From: Lingula anatina
Taxonomy: Eukaryota; Animalia; Brachiopoda
Reading direction: 5' to 3'
Length of the DNA stretch: 64,000 bases
Assembly: GCA_051362555.1 (NCBI GenBank)
Contig: CM120642.1
Coordinates: forward strand, 24,118,001-24,182,000
This document shows positions 54,401 through 64,000 of the stretch, in pieces. A program made the position numbers and the translations under genes. Under the pieces are notes generated by a model. It saw only the letters and a list, made by a program, of their open reading frames with translations. It did not search any database and was not told where the DNA came from. How positions within the stretch are numbered: position 1 is the stretch's first letter; each line of letters begins with the position of its first letter.

Positions 54401-57400
54401 CTGTTCCTCTTACTTTCAACCATAACCCCCTGCCCTCCGCTTCTAAAAGCGTTAGCTATTATAGAACAAAATGGCCAGTGCTTTTATTTAAAATATTAAT
54501 ATTAAAATATCAGTAGAACTTTCGGCCCAATTGCCACATTGCAATATTACACTATATTATAGTATATTCTCAGAGCCCTATAATCCTACTTGGCACAGTT
54601 GTTTAGAAATTACTGTTATGCAGATTAGGTTTGCATACATGAATACCTACTTTGGTCAACATGGCTGAATGCATTTCGTTGATGTACATCATTGCCAGTG
54701 GATGGACCTGCAGTGAAAGAGTCATGTCACTTCTGTCATAAATATACCTGCAGATTTGGCATACACTGTAAAATATGCTATCAGTTCATTGTTTCTCAAA
54801 ACAAATGGCTCCTGACAGGTGTTTTTATCTATAAACAAATATATATATATATACATGTTTTCATTTATGATTACAGTGTAGATTATTTCATACGTACCTC
54901 TACTCGGGCAGTCTGAGGTAGATTAATCTTTACCATATTTCCGTATCCCAATTCACGTAATTTGGCAACATGAATGTGGGGCTACAATAAAAAAAAGAAG
55001 TAAAAATTAAGTAAGGTTTCATACATCTGTGGAAAAAAAAAATAAATAAATAGATAAAAAAAAAAAAGCTGCAGGTAAATATTACAGCACCCAACTTCAC
55101 CTATCTTTCTCAACTTAGAATCCATGGAAATCAGAACCTCAGCAATTGCTATATACATTAAGCTTTAATGGACAGTCAGGACAATTTAGATTTATATGCA
55201 ATAAAAATGAAGCGAATGTTCTGATCTTGCCAAGATATCTGATCAATTATGAAATTCTTGGACAAAAACATTAGGTATCTACATGAAGTAAATAGCTGAA
55301 TGATAAATGTACCTTTGTCTTAAACTAGAACCCAATATGCTTTTCAAAAAAAACAAAGGAATGACCAAGAAAAGGTCACCCATGGCCAGTTGTGAAAGTA
55401 ATGGTGGGCTTAGGAACCAAAGCCTGGTGTCCCACATGATTAGCACAGATTATAACGTTGGTTGCAGTATTGGGGTTAGTATTTGGGTCCAGTTCTAAGT
55501 AATACTACTAATGGGGAATGGACCAAAGTTCCTAACAGACTACCATTCCTGTCCCACCAGTGGTCCCTTTTTAAAATAATACATGTATATTCATAAGCTA
55601 CACCTAAGAAAAGCAGGTTTGTGAAGTGCCCAATAAAAAATGGCATTCTCTAGCACTTACCCGTCTCAACACGACTGCACGTTCATGTAACTGCTTTGCT
55701 TCAGTCTCTTGCACCGAGGTCTGGCCTTTCTTTGTCCTTTGTACCTTTTACGAAAACAGATAATTGATTGATTTTTTACGATCAAGTTCGTAATAAGTTC
55801 AAAAGGAACAAAATTAAATTAGCAAAATTGCAACAATGGTCTCTAATATACCAGCAACAAAAACACCAAAGTCAAGATCAAAGTTGAGATTATGTTCAAT
55901 ATCAATCACTGATCCATTACAAATTATGCAATCAATTACAAAATGTGTCAAACACTACTAATAAAAGATTTTTAAAAATGGTTTAATTAACATAGCATCA
56001 TTTGTTTCATCCCAATGGCAATGTTTACCTCATTTTCCAGAAAAGTGGGTGTTTCCAAGACCAATGTATCTATAACTGAAATTTCATCTTTGTCATCAGT
56101 CTCAGTTCTGGTCAAAGGAGATGGAGGTGCTGAAGGCAATGACCTCTGCATCTTTTGTTTTCCATTCTTCAAATTCAATTTCTTGCAGTTTGTTACTTCT
56201 TTAAGTACTTCTGATGGGTCATGCTTGGACAAGGGAGGGAATTCAGTTTCTGACTGAATATTTGGAACTACTGGAGAATGGTCCCCCACACCAATCTCCT
56301 TCCTGTCTGTTGAGCTTGCCTTTGCCTGTTTTTCAATCCTATGCTTTAGTTTGCCATCAGTCTTAAGTTGCTCAGATGTTGGTTTACCAATTACTTGTGT
56401 TTGATACTTGCCCTTCTTTACCTATTTAGATAATCATGTTTTGATAATGCATTTTTATATTAAGATAAAGTTCAAGATGTGTTAAAACAAAGGTCTGTGA
56501 GATTAAATGTTGAAAAAAGCCTTTTTATTTTATAATGTATACAAACTTGCACCCTTCAATTTGTATTTTGAATTTTTTACCATATTATCTATTTATGTCC
56601 ACATTAAACCCGTATTAATTTTTAAAGAAATTTAGTTGTTGGTTTATTTATTTATTTTTACCTTTTCTTTTGGGCTGATTGTAATCTCCTTTTCTTTGCA
56701 GAGATGGGAGACCACTGAGGCAGCTTGGGTCATCATGCATTCAGATGTCTGTGCACTTTCTAGGAAACGCGCACCACAGACTGGGCCCATCAGTAATATG
56801 CTGGGGTCCATGCTGTTTAATACCTGCATGTTTTGGTCTGATACCTGAGCATTGTCTGTGGAATTCTGTCTAATCAAGAGGATGCTCGGGTCAACTCCCA
56901 TGAGAAACTTTGATGGGGAGACAGATTTCTGTTGAAATTGTGGTTCTTCAGTAAAAGAATTTACATTCTTTTCTGTCTGCTCGTCTGTTGAACTGCATTT
57001 GATATCTTCTTTTCCTTTGTCCTTCACCTTCTGTAATAAATTATTATAAAATAATGAAATAAATAAAATGAGTCAAAATGCCAGTTTCCAATTTTTTTCT
57101 TTTGCCCATCTGGTTGTTTGCCAATTACCTGAGTTGAGAACTTGCCCATCACATATCAAAATGGAAATATATCATTTGGACACTTTTAGATGAAGAAAAA
57201 ATTATTTTCTTTTTTAACCTGATCAGTTAACATAATAAAAGATGATGAAGTGTTATATTCACCATATATATAAATATATATATTTGTAGAACAAAGATCA
57301 TATGAAAAAACAAAATTAAGCATTTGTTGATTGTGAACCTCTCACGTACTTCTGATGGCTCACGCTTGGACAAGGGAGGGAATTCAGTTTCTGACTGAAT

Positions 57401-60400
57401 GTCTGGGACTACTGGAGAATGATCCACCACACCAATCTGCTTTTCAATCCAAGGCTTTTGATGGCCAGCATTGGTCTTAAGTTGCCCATCAGGTGGTTTA
57501 CCAATTACTGCAGTTTGGACTTTGTCCTTCACCTGCTTTAAGAAATAATAATAAAATGAATAAAGATGCCACTCTTCAACATTTTCTGTTACCTGTCTGA
57601 TTGTTTGTCAGTTACTTTACTTAGCTTATTGCCCTTCACTTAATTGTACCAATACAAGTGAACACGTAAATCAAGAAAAAATATTGTTTTCTTTTTTAAC
57701 CTGATTAGTTGACATAATAAAAGAGTTATATTATCATACATTTGGAATAAAGATCACATAAAAAACATAAAGCATTTGTTGTTTGTAACTTTTTATTTAC
57801 GTACTTCTGTTGGGTCATGCTTGGACAGGGGAGGGAATTCAATATGTGACTGGATATTTGGAACCACTGGAGAATGATCCTCCACACCAATCTCCTTCCT
57901 GACTGTTGAGCTCGCCTTTGACTGCTTTTTGGTCCTAGGCTTTCGTTGGCCATCATTGGTCTCACGGTGCCTATCTGGTGGTTTACCAATTACTTCAGTT
58001 TGGCCTTTGCCTTTCACCTGCTGTAAGAAATAATAATCAAATAAATGGATAATATGAATCAAAATGCCACATTTTATTATCTTACCTGTCTGGTTGTTCA
58101 CCAAGTATTTCAAAGCTGTATCAAATCAGTTATATATTTTTCAGACATTTCGAATAAAGAAAAATTATTATCATGTTTGAAAACCTGAGCAGTTATCATT
58201 ATAAAAAAAAATTGTCAAATTCACCATATACATGTATTCATAAAGAAGATCACATGAAAAACAGAAAAAAAAGCATTTTTGGTTTACTACTTTTATACTT
58301 ACTTCTGATGGACCACATTTTGGCAAGGAAGGGAATTCAGTTTCTGACTGAATATTTGGGACTACAGGAGAATGATCCCCCACACCAATCTCCTTCCTGA
58401 CTGTTGAGCTCGCCTTTGACTGCTTTTTGGTCCTAGGCTTTCGTTGGCCATCATTGGTCTCACGGTGCCTATCTGGTGGTTTACCAATTACTTCAGTTTG
58501 GACTTTGCCTTTCACCTGCTTGAAGAAATAATAATCAAATAAATGGATAATATGAATCAAAATGCCACATTTTTTTATCTTACCTGTCTGGTTGTTCACC
58601 AAGTATTTCAAAGCTGTATCAAATCAGTTATATATTTTTCAGACATTTCAAATAAAGCAAAATTATTATCATGTTTGAAAACCTGAGCAGTTATCATTAT
58701 AAAAAAATTGTCAAATTCACCATATATTCATAACAAATATCACATTGAAATCATAGAAAATTTGTTGTTTGTAACTTATATACTTACTTCTGATGGAACA
58801 CACTTTGGCAAGGGAGGGAATTCAGTTTCTGACTGAATATTTGGAACTACTGGAGAATGATCCCCCACACCAATCTCCTTTCCATCTGTTGAGGTCGCTT
58901 TCAACTGCTTCTCAAACTTAGGCTTGCGTCTGCCAGTATTGGTCTTACGGTGCCTGTCTGGTGGTTTACCATCTACTTCAGTTTGGCATTTGCCCTTCAC
59001 CTGCTTTATGAAAAAATAATTAAATAGATTAATAAAATAAAATTTCTTATTCTTTATGTTGTCCATTTGGTTGTTTACCAAGTACTTAAGTTGGGCACTT
59101 CCACCCTTCCCCATATCAAAAATTGTTATATATTTTTCGACATTTTAAAAAAGTTTTGTGTCAAAGATTATAATATGATCAATTACAAAATTTACTTGTA
59201 ATATAAGACAAAGATGTAACAGTTGCAAAACTGCTTAAATCACACTTGGACATAATATTTGTTATTATGCTCAAGAATCACATTTACATTGATTGATTCC
59301 TACTTACTAAAATGCTTACCGTATTTTCTACTTTTTCGTTGTCAACCTTGGTTGTAAAATCAGGATCTGGCTTCTTCTGAACTGGCTTTTCAACATTTTG
59401 TGCCTTGAATTTCTTCTTGGGCATGCTTGATCTCCTTGGTAAAACATCAGGCTCCTTTTGTTTTTCTTTCTTCCCTTTCAGTTTCTTCTGCTGTAGGAAA
59501 AAATAATTAATTAGATGAATATATTTGAATAAAAGCTGCAATTTTAACATTCAAAGTTGTACGTCTTGTTGTTTACCAATTGCTTCAGCTTGAACGTGGC
59601 CTATTTCAAAATGGTAACATATTATTCAGGCAATTTAAATTTAAAAAAGGTATTACTATGTTTTAAAACCTGATAGGTTAACATAATTAAAAAAGTTAAG
59701 TGTTATATTTAACACATATACACTCCATGTAGTAGTTCCTTTCTCTTTTTAATATCTTTTACTTATCTTATTCCATTTCATTTACTGATTATGGATATCT
59801 CACCTTGTTTTTGATTTTGTTCATGAGTTTGGCTGTGAACTTCTTTTCACTTAGGAGACGTGCAGCCACTGACTTCATTGTGGATTCAAATGTCTCCTCA
59901 CTATAGTCTGCTCCTATCAGTGAAATGCTGGAGTTGACTTTCTCTTCAATACACTCGCCAGTTGAGTTTGCTTTGGGATGCTTAATAAAATATATATCAT
60001 TTCAACACTTAATGGTTTTATAAATTAAAGTACATCAATACTTATGGATAAACAATATGAGTAAGAATATACATCTAACTTTTAAGAGGTTTCAACAATA
60101 TAAGCCCAGGCTCCTGATTATACAAAAAATATCACTTTATTGTTTTCTTTTTTACTTCTTGATAACAAAAACTTAAATCACACAGCGATTAACTTATGGC
60201 CATGCATCTATGCATTGAAATTTTAGATTTAAGTTCAAAAGCCCCCTTACTTTATCATCTTTTCTGTCTTCAGTTGAGTTGTTATTCTTGATCTTGACCA
60301 GGCGTAGATGCCCCAACATTCCCATCTGAATTACGGGCTGTATAAAAACACACAAAGTAAATGTCTATATATATGCTATATTAAAAGAGAGAGAGACAGA

Positions 60401-61973
60401 GAGAGGGTGCATTTATGACCAACAACATTTGCTGAATAATCAGACTTTTATTTCAGCGAAACATTTAGTTCCATGCCCAACTTTGTGAAACTGTTCCTCT
60501 TACTTGCATCCCATAATTCCCTGCCCTCTGCTTCCAATAATATCCACCGTTACAGAACAAAGAGGCTAGTGCTTAATACCAGTTGACCTTTCGGTCTTTT
60601 TGCGACAATACGTTATATTATATTCTCAGAGCCCTTTAATCCTAATCAGCAAAGTTAATTTGAAATTACTGTTATATGCAGTTTAGGTTTGCGTACAAAT
60701 ATACATACTTTGGTCAACATGGCTGAATGCATTTCCTTGATGTACATCATTGTCAGTGTATGGACCTGCATTAAAAGAGTCACATCACTTCTGTCATATG
60801 TATATCTCTAGTTTTGGCATGCATTGTAAAATATGCTATCAGTTCATTATTTCTTAAAACAAATAGCAAATGTTTTTATCTTTGGATTAATACACTACAT
60901 GTTTTCATTTATGATAATCATAATGCAGATTATTAAATAGTTACCTCTATTCTGGCAGTTTGAGGTAGATTAATCTTGACAATATTTCTGTCCCCCAATT
61001 CACGTAACTGGGCAACATGAGTGTGGGGCTAAAGTTTTGAAAAAGAATAGGGAATAAATATGGTTACTATATATCTGAGGATGCCAGAAAAAGAAAATGG
61101 CAGGATGCAGGTTAATAGGCTAATCCTACAGCAGCTTAAGTCATCCAACTTTATTGAAATCAGAACTGCGGCAATTGCTAGAATTTCCAGTTGAGATAAA
61201 GTGTCTGTTTTGTGCATGCCCAGTTATCAATTGTGAAATACACTTATGATCATTTATGCACGCATTCAAAATTTAGATTTAAGTTTCAAAATTATTCCTT
61301 ACTTTGTCATCTTTTCTGTCTCCAGCATTGACTGTTTTTCTGCAAGTTGAGTTGCTATTCCTAATGCTGACTAGCCTTAGGAACCTCAGCATTCCCATAT
61401 GAATTGAGGACTGTATAAAAAAAAACACACAAAAGTTATTGTCTATACCGGTATCTGCTATATAACAAAGCACTCTTAAAAAGAGAGAAAATACACTGAT
61501 ACGCAAAAGCCATGCAATGCTGAATAATCTAACTGTCATTCCATCCAAACATTAAGATCCAGTCTTAATTTTGTGACTTTTTACCTCTAACCTGAAATCC
61601 CATACATATAACACCCTACCCATGCTATCAGCAGCGTTTGACATACCGAGTAACAGACAAGACAGTTCCTAAAATACCAATATAACTCTCGATCTTATTG
61701 CCACAGTACGTTATTTGTTATTCTCAGATTGCATATTATCCCATTCGGCAAAGTTGTCCAGATAAAGTTGTTATTCAATTTCGGTCTTAATATATGAATA
61801 CCTACTTTCGTCAACATGGCTGAATATATTTCTTTGATGTACATCATTGCCAGAGGATGGACCTGCAGCAAAAGAGGCATATTAATTCTGTTATAAATAT
61901 ATCTGTAGTTTGAGCAAACACTTCAAAATATGCTATCATTTAATTGTTTTTTAAATAACTGAGGTGTTGTTAT

Positions 61974-62040
<67 letters not shown>

Positions 62041-62673
62041 TCTTGAAATAAGAACTTAAGTTTGCTATAAAATATATATATTTAAAAAAAACATACCTCT
62101 ACGCGGGCAGTCTGAGATAGGTTAATCTTGACTGTATTTCTGTCCCCCAATTTGCGTAATTGGGCAACATGCACGTGGGGCTAAATTTAAAAACAAAAGA
62201 GAAGTAAAATGTACGGTTATCACACATCTGTGGGTGCTGAAAGAAAAAAATGGATGAACGAAAACTTTGTCCTAACAAAAATATTAAGGAAAATGCCTTA
62301 CAAATAAACAAATGAATTAATATAGTTCATCCATGTTTGGTGCACTATTTTGAATGATACTCATACGTTATACATGTAAGAAAAGTACTTGTAGGTTTGC
62401 GTAGCGCCCAATATAAAAAAAGGCATTCTGTAGCACTCACCCGTCTCAACACGACCGCACGTTTATTCCTGGCGCGCCGGGCGGCTATTTAAATGGACAA
62501 TACTTCAAATAAATCAATCAGCAAACATAAGTCGACTTTTTGATTAAAAATGATACGCACTCGTAAACGGTGAAACATACACGTTTAACATCCATTCAGT
62601 AAAAGAAATGATATACATATAGTGCGTTGATTTAAAGAAGAAAAGTTCTCATCTTACCGAGTTCATTTTTCAT
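45460..62673 (-). CDS. Multi-exon (roughly 35-40 exons) gene for a Lys-rich repetitive protein with 13 (E/D)FP(P/S)L modules
   Basis: Putative start exon ATG AAA AAT GAA CTC G|gt (62673-62658) splices in frame to 'ARRARNKRAVVLRR|gt' (about 62484-62441). Repeated exon families have AG/GT ends and open frames. The terminal exon runs from about 45921 to 45460. The full exon chain was not verified. Confidence 0.72.
61976..62037. repeat. (TA)n(GA)n compound microsatellite
   Basis: Direct reading of the sequence. Confidence 0.95.
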
Positions 62674-63874
62674 TTGGTTTTCCCTCTCGCATCGAGCTTC
62701 TGAAAAGAATATTATGATAACCATTTGATTACATTAAACATCACGTGATAGTGAATCATCAAACGATTGCCAACAGGTAACAAGACTGATGATCGCACAC
62801 TGACTGACATAGTGTGAAATCTTCACCAGTTCTGTCAAATGTGCAATGCCAGCCAGTTGTTTAAGAGCGTCGGCTAAGGCCTTTCTTAGATAAATGTATA
62901 AAAACTGCCAGATCTCTTACACATATAAAGGTAAAATAACAGGCAAAACCTTAAAACTCAACCTTTATAAGATTAAGGTGAAATAACTACCAGCTCACCA
63001 ACACTCGGCGTTACCGGTGACACTCTGAGTGAGAGCAAGGCTATGTTCTCGTACAGGTTTATACCGTCGTCAATCAACGAGACGGTCAACATTTATTGAC
63101 ATCACGAAAAAGTAATTTTGCACTGTAACTTTTACTTTCAGGTTGAATTACACTAACATCAAACCCATTACGATGTGAGCAAATCGGAAATACTATAATA
63201 AATGTGATGTTTCTTGAAAAACGCGCATTTCTTCTTACACCAACGAATGCTAGTTTTCTTACCATATGCAAATGCGGGAAGGCATACAAAAATCAGCCAG
63301 AGCGCACAAAAAGCCATCAAACGGAGCACACCTAGAATTAGCTCCACCTGGTCTTCAATTGGGTACTCTTCAAATACGAGTACATTTACTCCGAGTTGCG
63401 CGTGATCACATTCGCTACTTTGCATAATAAACAATTTCAAATTGCATCTGAATCATCTTCACTATCCATGCTTCGTACTGTTTACGATATCTATGGGCAA
63501 TGACATCACTATCAGTGATGTCATGACGTTGTGACGTGAACATTGGCAATGACCACGACGATATCAGAAACGTTGACATTGTTGAGAACAATGGACATCA
63601 ACGACAGAAGTAACGACAATTCCATGACAACGGCCAGCGGCAGCGCTTGGTGTTACGTCACTGTTACTGGATCAGCCGATGTTTGCCGAACAGGAATAAA
63701 TAATGATGTGATTGTGTTTCTTCGTATAATAAACTACTTCTCACTGTATAGAGCACAATAGAGCCATCAATAGCATAAAGATAGTAATATATTACAATAT
63801 GCATTAGCAAGGCCAGACGCCGTCTTTTTCTGAATAATAAAAATGTACTAGAAAATAAAACAATAAAAATGTAC

Positions 63875-64000
63875 TAGAAAGCACTCCGAGAGAGTAGACC
63901 TCCGCCAAGGGAGCGATTTTTGATTATTATTGATTATTGATTGATTATTGATTATCCGGATCACCACCAAAAGCTAATAACCTCTTCCTTGGCCCACTTG
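63875..64000 (+). mobile_element. 5' end of a HINE/Helentron-like element (runs off the window)
   Basis: 'actagaaagcactc...gacctccgccaagg', a (gattatt)n repeat and 'ggatcaccaccaaaa'. Matches 33670-33912. Confidence 0.65.

Noticed and set aside
46200-59100. Regularly spaced conserved repeats as a CRISPR-like array or satellite
   Set aside because: The units are about 220-bp open reading segments with splice signals, separated by homologous AT-rich introns. There are no unique spacers and no cas genes.
63168-63761. Short ORFs, including a hydrophobic stretch with a basic tail on the minus strand
   Set aside because: No recognisable domain, and I could not establish a splice structure. It could be a terminal exon of a gene outside the window, but this is unsupported.

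Overview
AT-rich eukaryotic DNA with GT-AG introns, microsatellites and animal transposon families. It is most likely from a marine invertebrate (inference). There are four parts. (1) A diverged tandem segmental duplication of a convergent gene pair: an intronless multi-pass membrane protein of unknown function (+) and a CHST1/3-like Golgi carbohydrate sulfotransferase (-). The right copy (about 36.7-44.5 kb) is intact. In the left copy (about 3.6-22.7 kb) the membrane gene is intact, but the sulfotransferase has lost its catalytic exons and the region carries tyrosine-recombinase retroelements and a Tc1 element. (2) Nested transposons: DIRS inside Tc1, and a Helentron-like HINE inside a TA-flanked TIR element inside a piggyBac-like element. 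(3) A degenerate chitin-binding (CBM14) exon and a LINE 3' fragment. (4) A gene of about 17 kb on the minus strand (62673->45460) built from recursively duplicated exons. It encodes a Lys-rich, low-complexity protein with 13 copies of DHSPVVPxIQSx(E/D)FP(P/S)L and is the most unusual feature. All calls were made by eye, and repeat boundaries are approximate.
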